A DNA stretch of 63,745 bases, the filler included, from Licmophora abbreviata (taxonomy: Eukaryota), in NCBI GenBank assembly GCA_900291995.1. It is 10 parts of 10 records of this genome, joined end to end, with 100 filler letters (N's around TTAATTAATTAA, not from the genome) between each part and the next. Parts side by side here need not be neighbours in the genome. Positions count along the whole stretch, not along the records: positions 10,051 to 17,266 come from OLMU01000172.1; positions 17,367 to 19,120 come from OLMU01000174.1; positions 19,221 to 25,729 come from OLMU01000175.1; positions 25,830 to 33,257 come from OLMU01000176.1; 6 more parts are not named here. One strand, given 5' to 3'. Below, piece by piece: positions 12,929 to 25,831 of this stretch. The position numbers and the translations under genes are program-made. The notes beneath the pieces are model-generated. The model did not search any database. It had not been told where the DNA came from and saw only the letters and a list, made by a program, of their open reading frames with translations. The stretch's first letter is position 1. The number at the start of each line of letters is the position of its first letter.

Positions 12929-14111
12929 GATGATGAAGGGTGTGTTTCTGTCGGGTGATGATGATTGTGGCGCCTGTAAATCTATCGAAAAGTGAGCGGT
13001 CATAAGTGAAGGAATGTCTGGAAATGACTATCATGACTGTGACCCTTTTTGGGCATAGGTAGAGAACGAATGATGCTCGATTGCAAAGGTCATAAAACGA
13101 CTAGACTGGCGACATATTGTATTTTTCATATGATAAAGATGACCCTACAAATGTCATTTCCCGGAATGTCTCCTGATGAGAGAGAAGAGACGGGGCGGGC
13201 CACGTGAAAAAACTGAACCTTCCTTGTAGACTGTAGCCCACACCTTCCTTCAAAGTTGAGGTCTTTTAAAAAAGCTAGCATTACATGGCTGCAACCTTCA
13301 GCTATCTGTAGTGCTAACTAATAAAGGAGCGAATAGCTCAGCTACTCTACTAGAGTACTAGCTACAGTACTACTTTTAGAGACAGTCGCTCTGACAACTG
13401 CGTGTTGTTCTCTCTCCATATCTGTCCACATAAAAACACGTTGGGCTTCACTCATTTCTGCAACATGTCGGAATCGAAATAATCCTGGTGCAAGCCGCGG
13501 GAAGGTCCTGCAAAGCGTCTATAGATCATCGCTCTACCACGAATTGAGAATGTTAGTAGCAGCGACTCCGAGAATCGGATGGCATCGCAACACACAGAGC
13601 GCGCTACCAAGACTAAACTGGCAGCGCAGGAACGACTGAATGACCAAGGGTGCACCCAGTGATGCAGGTGACTGACGTCTTCTCGTCAGCCCCGGACAGA
13701 TCGCCGACACTTTGCAGCTGTCTCCATATCACCAGAATCCTAACTCTATAGGTTGTCACATCATCAAACAACAAGGTCACAACTTTCAGTGACATCAAGA
13801 GGCCACTCCGCGAGACCTTCATACTCATTTGGCTAGCTTGATTGCGCTGGAATCTCCTCGAGATTGTCTTTGCCTTTTGTTCGTAGCGGTCTGACTGGTG
13901 TTTTTTGACTGACAGTTTTGGATCTTGTTTGTCTTCTTACTCCGGTGCGCGGTACAGAATTGTGTCAGTGCCAGTGAGACGAGTCATTCGCAAAACCCTT
14001 TCCTCGTGTTGAATCGTCAACTCTGCGGCCACTGTGAGAGGCAACACCGCATCACCTATCAATCAAGAAGTCAGTATATAGTTTGAAAACTAAATTATTG
14101 GTGAAGGCAAC

Positions 14112-14768
14112 ATGGCGAACTGCTGTGATCAGTTTGGAACGTGCGCCAGGGTGACTGTGATCATGATGACTATTTCCGGAGTTGTGTTGCAGATCTTGGC
14201 CGCCCTGGAGTGCGAATTCCTCAAGTTTGAAGGCTCGAGTTTCGCCAGCGGAACCCTTGGTCTCTGGGAATTCTCGATCCGATCTAATGGGAACCAATGC
14301 ATCTCATTCCCGGACAATGATGTCGTGGGAGGCTTCATTCAATCGGCTCGTATCACGATTCTGATATCACTCAGTGCTGCCGCCGTGGCGCTCGCGCTGG
14401 TATTGGTTGAGTTCTTTCTTTGCAGGATACCATGCGCTGGAATTTGCACGGGAATCATCTACATGATCGCATGGATGTGTGGTGTCGCGACGTTTTCCAT
14501 GTACGGCAGCGACTTCTGCGCCCTAAATCCTGCGTCTTCGTGCACTTTGGGATCTGGCGCTATCTACAATATTGCCGCCACTTGTCTCTATTTTGTTTCG
14601 AGCTTTATGGTCTGCTGCCTTCCTAAGTCGCCTGGTCTCATGTGTAGCCGCGGCGATGATAGTGATGACAATGGCAACGATGACGACGAGGCTATTCCTG
14701 CGCCTGCCGCTGCCTCCCATGATTATGAGTATGAGGGCCCTCCGATGGACTCGGCTCCGGACGTCTGA
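14112..14768 (+). CDS. Four-TM claudin/PMP22-like membrane protein
   Basis: Four hydrophobic helices, GLW motif in the first loop, Cys-rich, acidic tail; single exon. Confidence 0.65.
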   Translation: MANCCDQFGTCARVTVIMMTISGVVLQILAALECEFLKFEGSSFASGTLGLWEFSIRSNGNQCISFPDNDVVGGFIQSARITILISLSAAAVALALVLVEFFLCRIPCAGICTGIIYMIAWMCGVATFSMYGSDFCALNPASSCTLGSGAIYNIAATCLYFVSSFMVCCLPKSPGLMCSRGDDSDDNGNDDDEAIPAPAAASHDYEYEGPPMDSAPDV

Positions 14769-15054
14769 CAGATGGAAAACAAGTTTGCGTGAATAGTTAC
14801 ATGAAAAGTAGATTGTGCTCCGTGTTAATGGGGTCTTGAAGTGTAGCTAGTACGACGAGTTGAAAGAAAAATGTATCGCGTCGAAGTCTCAAATCTCAAA
14901 TCGCATCGCGTGACCATAAAAAATGGAAAACCGCGCGACGACGGCGACCATCACACCAGGATGTCGAGTGCGTGTTGAGTAATAGACGAGGGTGCCACCA
15001 CCACGGACGCCTGTCTTTGTGTCCTTCTTGATTCACCGTACGCTCTGTGTGGCA

Positions 15055-17266
15055 ATGGAGTGCCATGGATCCAAGGAATCCATTGGGGCTCGACTGAGAA
15101 AAGATGATGTCGTCGGAGGGCCTGTTACCTGTGTTTCATTGGCAGCGACCAACCGACATAAGCACTGCTGCTGGGTCGCCAGAGGTCCATGGGTTGAAAT
15201 TGTACAATTGCATAATGCGAATAGTCGAAACAGACTTCGATATCTCGCCTTTCCGGACGGGGGTACTGTTCACGGAGTAAGGCAGTGTCCTACTGGAGAG
15301 CCACATATAGTTGCAGTGTTTGGAGGTCGACAAGTCTGCTTCGTAGTCAATAGGGGCTTTGACTCCGACGAGCCTTTAAAGCCGGTGCCTCTAGTGTATC
15401 AACAGCGAAGATATCAAGTTTTGACTCTATCAGATTGGATCTGGGATGTACACGTCATTCGCAAGAATGCTGAATCCATGGAAACCCTCATGGCGGTCGC
15501 CCTTGCGAACAACACGGTTGAAATGTGGAAATTGACGAGATTTCATATCGAAACTATCGCAGAGGACTTGATCTTTGAGGCTTCTAGATGCATGAAAATC
15601 GCAGGGAATACCCGTTGCATTACTTACTCCATGTCGTTCGTGAGGTGCAGACGAAACGACGACAGCGACTTGACGGTGGCCTCGGGGACAGTGTCCAATG
15701 AAGTCTTGATTTGGACCGTCTTGACGGCCAGCGAAATAACGAATTGTTGGGACAATGCAGAGCATACTGCAGCCTTTGTGCGTCGACAGGAAATTGCCAG
15801 ACTCACTGGCCATGAGGGCGTTATCCATTCGGTTGCATTCAACTCCGAGGGCGATGCAGTTGTCTCCACGTCGGATGATCGCACGGTCCGACTCTGGCAA
15901 CGACATGGCGCTTCCTGGAGGCACATATGGACAGCGTGGGGCCACACTGCGAGGGTTTGGAGCGCTGCATTTGCTTCCTGTGGCGTTGTGAGTAGCGGTG
16001 AAGACAGCTCAGTTCGGGTTTGGAGTTTCGATACAGGTTTGCAACTGGCAGAATGCCGCAACTACAGCTGCCAGTCCCAATGGTGTCTCGACGTGCTTGG
16101 CGATTTCACCATCGTCGGGAGCAACGATGGGTCCGCCAAGCTCTATGACCTCAGCTCTCGTGTCGTGAAGGACTTTGATGGCATCGATACATGTGGACCT
16201 CGTACTGGCACGTTTCTCATTCCAGATGATCCTGGTCCATCGATCGACGAGAAGCTGCTTCTGGCTACTGATGCGGTCGTCGTGAAGAGCGACGATGAAG
16301 TGGCTTCCGATAAAAAGAACAACAAGAAGAAACCAAAGGAGATCACTGCTTCTCAGATTGTCTGTGGCATGAAGTTTTACATTGAACGCGACTCGAAGGG
16401 ACGGCGTAAGATTCTAGTGGCAACACGGGGCGGAACTCTCACGTCACTCTGCTTGCGGACGGGTGTATGGACACTAGCCCGTCCCTGGTGGAACAAGTCA
16501 CTGCTTAATGTTCGGGCAGGAGATGGTTCTTGCATTGCCCTTAATAAATGTGGTACTTTGCTGGCGGTTGGTACAACACGGGGACACATTGTGTTGCTAC
16601 GCAATTTTGACGCCGACGCAACAAGTGTGCATGACACGGTGTTGGACTCGACTCAGTACAGATCTGTACAAAGCCTCCACTGGTTAAACGATGAGACCCT
16701 TTTATCCTTTCACATCAAAGGTGTCGTACTCTATTGGAGCATATCACGGCACGTCCCGGTCAACGGTTCGTTACAGTACGTATTGGACACGACAACAAAG
16801 GCATTGCCGCTCAGTTTTGCTTTCGACAAGAACGGAGGGAATCTCTTCATAGGTGACAGTAGGGGCAATATTGCTGCATTTCGCCTCGAATCAGATCACC
16901 CTGAGATCTGCGTTGAGATGTGCGCATTTCATGTTGTTCGGAGGGTACATAAGACGGAGCATGTAATTGAAATGATCTTCTCACAGGATCGCAGACTGCT
17001 TTCCGTCGGCAACGATGGATGCATACACACATGTTTCGTGGATTTGGAAGGTTCGATTCGACGGAGCATCTCCGTTCCAGTATCGAGTTTGTCGGGCTTG
17101 AGTCATGTATGGCTCGTACAGGATGAGCACAGCGACGATCGCATCATTGTTGGAGGGTACCATGCGAACTGGTTTGTCGCCGTCGATGCAACTTCAGGCT
17201 ACGAGCTGTTTCGAGTGGACACTGGAGGCCGTCAGCGGGGACACGATTGTTTCATCAGCGCGAGTG
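15055..17266 (+). CDS. WDR6: WD40-repeat protein, WDR6/Trm734-like (3'-truncated at gap)
   Basis: LTGHEGVIHSV, STSDDRTVRLW, WGHTARVW, SSGEDSSVRVW, and GGRQR near the end. Confidence 0.72.
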
Positions 17267-17389
17267 NNNNNNNNNNNNNNNNNNNNNNNNNNNNNNNNNN
17301 NNNNNNNNNNTTAATTAATTAANNNNNNNNNNNNNNNNNNNNNNNNNNNNNNNNNNNNNNNNNNNNATCAACGCGACTAAATTCACATA

Positions 17390-19606
17390 TTAAACTACGA
17401 TCACCGAACTAAACTTGGTAAACGAATTCTGGGGGTCCGTCGCGTTCACATCAACAAGAGTCTCCAATTCAAACTGACCATATTGGTTTGCTTCGAAGAA
17501 AAATCCATCCTCACCGCGAAGGAAAGCGCAGTCGCCGACCCAGTCTGTGACGTTGACAACCGGAGCACCATTCACCTTCATCTTCAACTTCTCGTCGTAC
17601 ACGCCTTTTTGTTTTAGTTCGCCGGGCACGCATCGCCCCCAAGCACAATTGCCCCAGCATACAACGACAACTCCATGGGGCTGCCATCCGCTTCGCAAGT
17701 AAGCCTTCTGCTCAGCTGCATTCGGAAAGGTCAATTTCCGCCAGCCGTATCCTGCCCTGTTGAAGAAGTAGTCCTTGAAGTCGATATCCACAGTCAACCC
17801 ATCGCACTCATTTGGCTCACGTGGATCGTAAGTAAGAGGCATCGGCCCTTTGTCTTTAATAGCGGGATTCACTTTTTCAGCCTTTTCTCTGGAAATACCG
17901 GTATCGTAGCTATTGATTCCGCCAATATTCTCACTGCCCGTTACAATACCGAGATATCTCGCTTCCGCTGGCAGTCTAGCAGTGTGACAAAACGAAGGGC
18001 CGCGGAAAAGAATGGTCGCATTGATCTCTTTGATCGCATCCTCTCCCGTGTCCTCCAGCGGCTCAGGTATCACCGAGCTATAAAACTGCCTATAGTCAGC
18101 GTCTTCCTCAGCTTTGAGCTCGTCAAAGAGGGTTCGATGGTCCTTTGTGGATTCTAGTTCTTTCGTTGCGTCCATCAAGGTATCGGCAAGGAACAGGGCC
18201 ATGATATTCCCAAACATGGCATGCTCCTTCCTGTTGAATAGCGAGTTCACGAGAACAGCACGATTGAAAAGAAGTGAGAGGAATGCACCAATCACAATTC
18301 ACTAATCAAGTTTACAAACAATGCGTACCATCCAGGATGCCATCCGGCTCGTCCCCTTCGCTCCGGGCAATGTTCCCTTGAGTACTTGTTTTCGCCACAG
18401 TACGGATCTCCCTTTTCAAACTGCTCGTTGCACTTATGGTATCGAACAAAGTCGGGAAGGGCGTCGATATCTGCCGCCGACATTCCAAACATGTCCGGAA
18501 GTGCCGATCGCATGGCGTCTGTGTGAGCGGGGTCGACGTAGAGCGCCGAGAGACCATTCCGCTCCACCTTCGCAAGCTGCTCGACGCGACCCTTGAGCAT
18601 ACGTCCCTCAAGATGAATGTCAATAACTGCAGGGCGACCAGGATTGAGTCCAGCACGATTTGCGTAAAAATACTTTCTCCAATAATCAGTGGCCTCCATC
18701 ATTCCATAGTCCCAGGTAATCACGTCAGCGTCTGTCCCAAAAATAGACTCTTGGCAGAGCGCAATCTCCGGGCCGCTGGGAGTACCTCCCATGGCGTAAT
18801 TTCTAGCGGTAAAGTCAATTCCGATGGAGGCAAACACATCTTGCACAGAGCGTTCCATGAAGGCTGTCATACTTTCATTGAATAGATTTCCATGTCCGGC
18901 CGCCGCGGAATGGCCTCCCGTGACCCAGATGAACTCAGAGTAGCTTTCCGGAAAGACTGGCATCGCCTCGTCCTCCGTTGAGCCGTCTTCCAAGCGACGA
19001 TCGGCGACGTCCGTCTCTTTTTCTATTGCCGGGGTACAGACGCATCCATTCACATCCGTCTCTTCGTCGAGAATAGCAATTTGCATCGCGAGTATCTTCA
19101 ATTCGAGCTTTCGCTTGAAGNNNNNNNNNNNNNNNNNNNNNNNNNNNNNNNNNNNNNNNNNNNNTTAATTAATTAANNNNNNNNNNNNNNNNNNNNNNNN
19201 NNNNNNNNNNNNNNNNNNNNTGTTTTCCGTACTGGACCTTGAGCCTCTCGATCATGTCGTTTCGTGCCTCCGTCACGAGACGCAACACCTCCGTGGAGTT
19301 CAGCAAATCGCCATTCCAGTGCTCCGTGCGCTGCTCGTCTCTGACGCTGCATACGTCGGCACACTGGTTGCCCACTGACGGCAGTCTCGCCACCGCCGCC
19401 TTCTTCACAACATCAGCGGCAGTGGCGCCCGCATCAGTCTTGAAAACCAACAGAATGGCAATGAAAGACGCCACGGCAAATGCCAGAATGGCTCGCTCGC
19501 GGTAGTTGGACTTGGCGGGCAGCTGCAATTTCTTCTGCTTGGTTGAAGAGCCTACCAACGGCACACCATCCTCTTCGTCGGCTTCTCTACGAGCGGAAGC
19601 CACCAT
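17390..19606 (-). CDS. Type II membrane SGNH-hydrolase-like protein (spans the gap at 19121)
   Basis: N-terminal TM anchor; GGHSAAAGHGN, RNYAMGG, WDYGM and WHPGW motifs; frame FKRKLELKILAMQ resumes after the gap; intron about 18232-18327. Confidence 0.7.
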
Positions 19607-19983
19607 GCTGGATAAACCAACTGCTGCAAAGCCTCACGATGCCGCTCAACGGAGGACACAAGGCCGCACGACGACGATGACTTTGTTGCGGCCAAAAGTA
19701 AAGCCGGCGGGGCTCGCGAGTCTTTTTGAATCATGACCTCTCTCGCAGTCACGAATGTGGAGAGAAACCCGGATAAGGGACTGATGATGGACTCATTCGA
19801 CTCGACATGATGTTCCAATCGATGCCGGCAATGATCCACGATAAGTTGATGTATTTTCGTATCTCAATGGCTATTGTTAGCTCTACTCTACTAGCAGTGG
19901 CGATTCCGGCACAACAAGACTCTACCAGCAGTACGAGAGTAATCAAATCATCGTACAGCCAGGTACTACAGTAAACTCAACAC

Positions 19984-21018
19984 TCAACACATATCGAATG
20001 CGTATTCGCGTTCGATTTGTTGAATCAGCTTGCGGAAGTACCGCTGCGCAGAGTCGTACAACAACACATCCTTATCCGTCAAAGACTCAATGAGCTTTTG
20101 TTCATGCTTTGTCAATGGGTAGGTATCACCGTGATGCGTGCTGCCGTGGTCAATGCGCGGAACCTCGTCAGGTACTGTCCCAGATCGATCCCCATCGGCC
20201 GTGCTTTCTCTCGCCGTACAGTCGCAGCGCGATGGCACAGCTCCCATTAACTTGATCGATATAAGACATGTCGATCTTTCCAGTTCATCAGTAAGACCGA
20301 CAACGTCAAACTTGGACTTCAGATCCTTGGTCGCTGATAGCATTGTGCTCTGTAGATTGATTGGTTTGTAACAGTCATACGTATAAAGGAGTGGAAATCG
20401 GCTAAGGGTGTCGTCCGCTGTGTTGTTGCCTCGTACGTCGATCCAGTACTGCAGCCACTCGTCCAATGGAGGGATCGACTCATAGCTGGGTTTTCTCCAT
20501 TGCGACTCGGTACAGTGAAAGTACTGAGACAAAACATGATGAATTGGATTCCTGACAATCGAAAACTGGAGCGCAGCTTCTGGGTAGTAGGGTGATTCCG
20601 ACATGTGCAAGGTGCATTTCATGGGCCAGGATATCCAGCGTTTCCAGTCCTTGATGTCACCGACGTAATGATTACACATCTGCATGTCGGGACAGAGTTC
20701 GGCAATGTCACGTTCGAACAATGCGGCAGCCGAGTTTCCACCCGCCTTGGGGATGTGGACAAAATAATTCGGCAGGTTTTGGTCAGAACAGGTGGACGAT
20801 GACTGGGCGATGCCGGGGTCGCCGAGGGAAACTTCAGTGTTACTGCCACGAAGCAGCAGCTGTTGCGCTGATGATGTTGTCGTCTTCTGACCACGGCTGC
20901 GGTCCTTTGTCTCGACCGTGCGCGGGTCTCCAAAGTCGTCGACGACGGCAGCGTAAGCGACCGACACTAGGTGGTATATGGCCAATAGGACTGCGGTGGG
21001 AACGGCGCTGATCCTCAT
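19984..21018 (-). CDS. Membrane/secreted sulfotransferase (Sulfotransfer_2 / Gal-3-O type)
   Basis: 5'-PSB FVHIPKAGGNS; 3'-PB RNPIHHVLSQY; FDVVGLTD; N-terminal signal/anchor. Confidence 0.85.
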   Translation of the reverse strand: MRISAVPTAVLLAIYHLVSVAYAAVVDDFGDPRTVETKDRSRGQKTTTSSAQQLLLRGSNTEVSLGDPGIAQSSSTCSDQNLPNYFVHIPKAGGNSAAALFERDIAELCPDMQMCNHYVGDIKDWKRWISWPMKCTLHMSESPYYPEAALQFSIVRNPIHHVLSQYFHCTESQWRKPSYESIPPLDEWLQYWIDVRGNNTADDTLSRFPLLYTYDCYKPINLQSTMLSATKDLKSKFDVVGLTDELERSTCLISIKLMGAVPSRCDCTARESTADGDRSGTVPDEVPRIDHGSTHHGDTYPLTKHEQKLIESLTDKDVLLYDSAQRYFRKLIQQIEREYAFDMC

Positions 21019-21328
21019 GGTAGAGAAGGCAGCCACAGCTTGAATCAATCAATCTCAAATCGGCGATGAACTGTGGATCGTCGCGACGGGCGCGTCATTG
21101 CTTTTTTCTTGTTCCCACGGCGGAATTGGGAATTGCAATGGTTTGAAGGCACGACAACCACCAGAAAGCGCTCGCCTTCAAAAAACAGGATGCGACACAC
21201 TGCAACATTTCAACATTTCACATTTCAGTTCTGAACCCATCACGGAGCATCTGTTACAGTGCAAGGGCCGTACATAGCATATCCCCTCTTCAGTGCTGCT
21301 GCGGGGTACATTCTCTTTGATAAGTGTG

Positions 21329-22823
21329 ATGATGCAAAAAGACGTTTTCTGGCTAGTCGTGATGGCATTGGCCGTATTGAATCTCTCCCGATGTACCTCG
21401 GGATTCACGTCCGGACCGCTCCTGATTTCGAATGAGTGGAACCGACGGCCGCAAAAGAACATTCCGCTCCCAGGACGCGTTTTATCTTCATCAAGATTGT
21501 TCAGTAGCTCCCACAATAGCAAAAAGAATCTCAGTGCTTCAGAACAAGAACGGCGAAGTGAAGAAACGAGAAGGCAGAAGCGAAAGAGCGACGTAGTCAT
21601 TGGCAAGACATCGGCAGTGCAGGATGCCAAAGACTATGCCATTGACACGAAATCCACCGAAGAAGCGTGGATGAAACAGGCCAGTCAAGTTGAACAAGAA
21701 GTTTTCCGACAAACAGAGCAAGGCATTGAAATGCTCAAGACGGTAGGAGCACTGTAGCTTGAACAAACTGAATTGTGACTGGCGTTGGTATCGCCTAACA
21801 CTCTCCCCTGCCTGCCTTCCAATAGCTGCGACTCGAGGAAGCATCGGAGGCATTTGATCGAGTGTTTGAGTTGCGACCGAATGCCTATCTGTGGCAGGCT
21901 GGGATTGTGCGATTCTATCAGCGAGATTTGGAGGGTGCTGCCGAAGTTTTTGCGCGGAACGCTGCTGCGTACGAGTCGAGATTTGGGGAGCCAGCCAGTG
22001 AAGAGCGCATCTGGAGAGATGCGTGCCAGTTGAAAGTTTATTACAGTATGGACCGGAAAGAACGAAAGGCAATAAACGAAGCTGACAGCTTGTCAGGTCT
22101 CGCCGCACAAATCCCAGAACGAGATGAGATGGCTCAAATACTGTCTTCTGAAAATCGGTACGTACAAGTCATCAAGTGACACGCTGAAGGCTGGTATCGG
22201 AAAGTCATCCTGATCCGCTCTCTTAAATTGCATCGTGCAGAAAAGTGTTGAGAATAACCAGAGAACTCTTTGCTGCTTCGATCGAAAAAGATGCCGGGAA
22301 AGAAGTCCTGGCGCGAGCCAAGTTGCGTGCGATCTGTGGGACGACCAATGAACAAGCGCGAGTTGACCGAAAGATGTGGAAGTTGAATGCTTGGTATTAC
22401 CTTGGCCTCCATTACGACGTCCTTGGGGATGAAGAAGAGAGTAAAAAGTGTATGAAAATGGCACTCAGACTATGTCCAAACGGCAACGGCGACGACATCA
22501 TCCACACTTTGCCCATTCTTCACATGGCGAGGAGAGACTGGTTCGATGACGACGAGTTTGAAGAGGACCCGGACGATAGCGAAGATACTCACAATATCGA
22601 TAGCGACGCAGGCAACCGAAATCTTCATTCGGCTAACGCTCTCGATCGCGGTACGAAGTCAGACCCAGTTGTTGTCGAGTCAATACGCAGAAGCGTGTCA
22701 AACATGAAATACACGCAATTGGCGGACGCACTGAAGACACGGGGTCTCAAACCTCATGGGCCAAAAGAAGCGCTAGCGGGAAAACTTTTCAACTCACTGC
22801 TGGAAGATGCTGGACTGGATTGA
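21329..22823 (+). CDS. Plastid-targeted NlpI-like TPR protein with a C-terminal SAP-like domain
   Basis: Signal peptide then SGF; AYLWQAGI, EERIW, YYLGLHYD; introns 21743-21825 and 22158-22240; tail MKYTQLADALKTRGLKPHGPKEAL. Confidence 0.7.
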
Positions 22824-22864
22824 ATCCACTGCTCTAACTATCGTTACTAGTAGACAGAGAATTA

Positions 22865-25229
22865 TCACGTCGACATCGCGTTCAGCTGAATTTGTATGAG
22901 TCGTTTCTTCTCGCCACTCGACAACGCTTCCCACCGCTCGCTCCCTGTTGCGTTCTTCGCTTGTTTGATCGCCATCGGCAGCAGCATGGTTGATTTGACC
23001 GAAGGAGGTTCTGGATCTACGGATCCCGAGTCGGGCGGGGAACGATTTCTCAACTTGTTGCTCGGCACTCTGCTCCTCTGCGTCTTCCTCTGCATCGGGC
23101 TCCTCGTCATCTAACTCTATGGTTGACTCACGAACTTTGTGAAACTTTAGAGCTGCGTATAAGCGAATGATCTCCCATTCGTCCTCCGATATAGATCCGT
23201 TCCTGTTCAGTACATGCATATTGTACAGTGCGGTGTGAGCAGTTGCGTGGTTGTTGTAGACATCTGCATCTCGACGATTGGCGTAAAATTCATGAAAGTT
23301 CTCAACTGAGACCAGCTCCAACCCCGCTTCCGACGCAAGAGACTTAAGTACAGGTACCGGAGTAAGCCATTCTGGAAGGTTAACTGCATCACCGAATCCT
23401 GCTTCGTGGTCCGACCCCTCAACAAGTGTGAACGTGTACTGAAGACCGAACATATCGTCCCCCGTTTGGTCTTTGTCGAGGCAGTGAAACAGCGTTTTCA
23501 CCGTGTCAGGCTCAAATCGAATACGGCATGCGCCACTTCCGACAGAAACCACTGATGCTTCGCGTCGATCTTCGTCGCTGTTCTCGACGCTATCGCAGTG
23601 CAGGTTCAGGCCCAAATTCATCAGCCCCTCAACAGCGACACGGGCATCAATAGTCGTAGCAATCAAGTTCCCTCCGACTTCCAGAAGTTGGCTCACAGTC
23701 TGAAAGAATCGTCTCGCACGTTTCTTCGATGACATCATGTAGTGGATCGCGAACTGTATACTCACTACATCAAACTTGTCCGTGGAATTTATGCCACCGC
23801 CACGCATCATCGTAAACTCTGGATCTCCTACTTCATATTCGGATTCGTCCTGCAATACCCATGTCGGAAGTTTCTGCATCTGCTTGTGATTTGGCGACCG
23901 CAATACACCAGGCACATCGGCGCCAAGATCAGCACAGGTGAAGGTACATCGTCGCAGCTTCCTACGCATACCTCTAGCACGCTTCGCAGCATCTCTGAGA
24001 GAGCCTCGTGCCACATCAATCCCAACGTAGTTTCCGATTCCCCTTGAGTGCAATGCCCACTTCCCCAAGTCGCCTCCTTTGCCACATGCGAGATCCAGGA
24101 CGCGCAGTGGTCCGCGAGCACCATGATTTCCCGATTGACGCGTTATCGGATCAAGTTCTTGTATCTGCGTCGCCTTAAGCCAATTATTGAAGGCTCGCAT
24201 GTGGTACAGTTTAGAGTCAGCTCGAGTCTTTAGCGACCGTGGCAGGTTGGAATAGAAGTTATCCGCCGCTGCGGCCCCAGCGTCGGAATGAAAATTGTTC
24301 GTCTCGGTGTGTTCATCGGATCGCTTTCGCTTCCGTCCTGCCCCGTTTGCCTCTGCGGATGACGACTGCGGCGGCTGCACCCACACATTGAAATCAATAT
24401 TAGTATTTCCGAATCCGGTGTCATCCGAAGTTTCCGTCGAAGGTGGAGCCCACAAGTCAGTCGACGGTTCTGGATCATGAGTGTCCACGATTCCGAGACC
24501 GACCTCCTCAGATGCCGGCCTCACAAGAAAGGACTTGATTTCATCTACCTTTCCGACAAAGAAATTTGCGGCAAAATCGTCTGCTTGATGATAATCCGTC
24601 TCGATATCAGTCTCTGTGGCATCGTGCATAGGCTTTATAATTCCAAATCGCTGCTTCTTGTCAGGCGCAACAATCGCAACTGCACTGTCCTTCTGAAGCT
24701 GCTTCATGAAACTTGCAAATCTTTGTGAATTCCGTACGTCGTGGGGGTTCAACTGCGCTACAAACTTAGCATCAGCCCGTTTGACACCCAATGTACACTT
24801 GTGAATACAGTCTGCGGGCGGTGCGTCGTCTGGAAGAAGCTTGCGAACGATGCTGTGGAGGAGAGAAGAACGAAATTGTGAGAGGGAGTCATGACTGTAT
24901 ATTTTAATTCGTCATTCTTCTCAACAGACACGCTGTGACAGGAAGACCAAACAATACCTGAGGGCTGTATCAGCAACTCCAATCACAATGAGTGCGCGAC
25001 TGAGCGGAGCCGGGACTGTCGGGGCATCTGAATAAGAGTAAAGTGTGGCGAGTGCTTTGAGCTCTCCGTGTTGTTTGGACGGTGCTTGAAGTGCCTCGAA
25101 TATCTTGGCAGTGCTCGCGAACGCCCAATTTGAGTTCAGAAGCGAGCTACTGGTATTTATCTCAGCAACCATGGCATCAGGGAGAACCAGATCGTTCTTT
25201 GCCGTCGGGGGCTCGGTGGGGTAAGGCAT
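22865..25229 (-). CDS. RNMT: mRNA cap guanine-N7 methyltransferase (RNMT/Abd1) with N-terminal extension; contains apparent frameshifts
   Basis: MRAFNNWLK, VLDLACGKGGDLGKW, FDVVSIQFAIHY, PEWL; exon 1 starts at 25229; the likely C-terminus is in the 22865 frame. Confidence 0.88.
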
Positions 25230-25831
25230 TTGGACCTCGCCGACTATGCCTGCGATGGCGATGGGCCAGGACGCGCCAAAGTATACTTTTTACCACCAAG
25301 CTTGAGCAAGTCAGATCCAATGAACTGGTATGCAATCAGGATCGTAGTCTTGGTAGACCATGCATTGAATGATTGAGCTGGTGCGTCGACAAGGAAGCGT
25401 TTTACTTCGTACCTGGTATGGTAGTCTAGTAGTCTCCGCCGCCGCCATCATCCATTCATTGCAATCTGAAATCCATCGGTTTCGCTTTTATCTATTTCTT
25501 GTCGTCATCCGTCACACGTCACACAGACATCAACCCTTCCTTGATTAGAATTGGTTTTGTTCGGGAACGAAGACAGATCAGGTACCTGTCATCATGACTT
25601 GCAGACTGAAAAAGTTCGGATGTACAAACAGACTGACACCTGTGACAGCATTCGGACACGCTTTGAACTTCCGGCCGTCACGATGATGCGAGGCGCCGCA
25701 ACACTACTTTGTCGCCCAAATAAACCACANNNNNNNNNNNNNNNNNNNNNNNNNNNNNNNNNNNNNNNNNNNNTTAATTAATTAANNNNNNNNNNNNNNN
25801 NNNNNNNNNNNNNNNNNNNNNNNNNNNNNCC

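Noticed and set aside
13195..13680. CACGTG and TGACGT upstream of the cyclin as an aureochrome-controlled dsCYC2-like promoter
   Set aside because: Hexamers occur often by chance, and the dsCYC2 orthology cannot be established here
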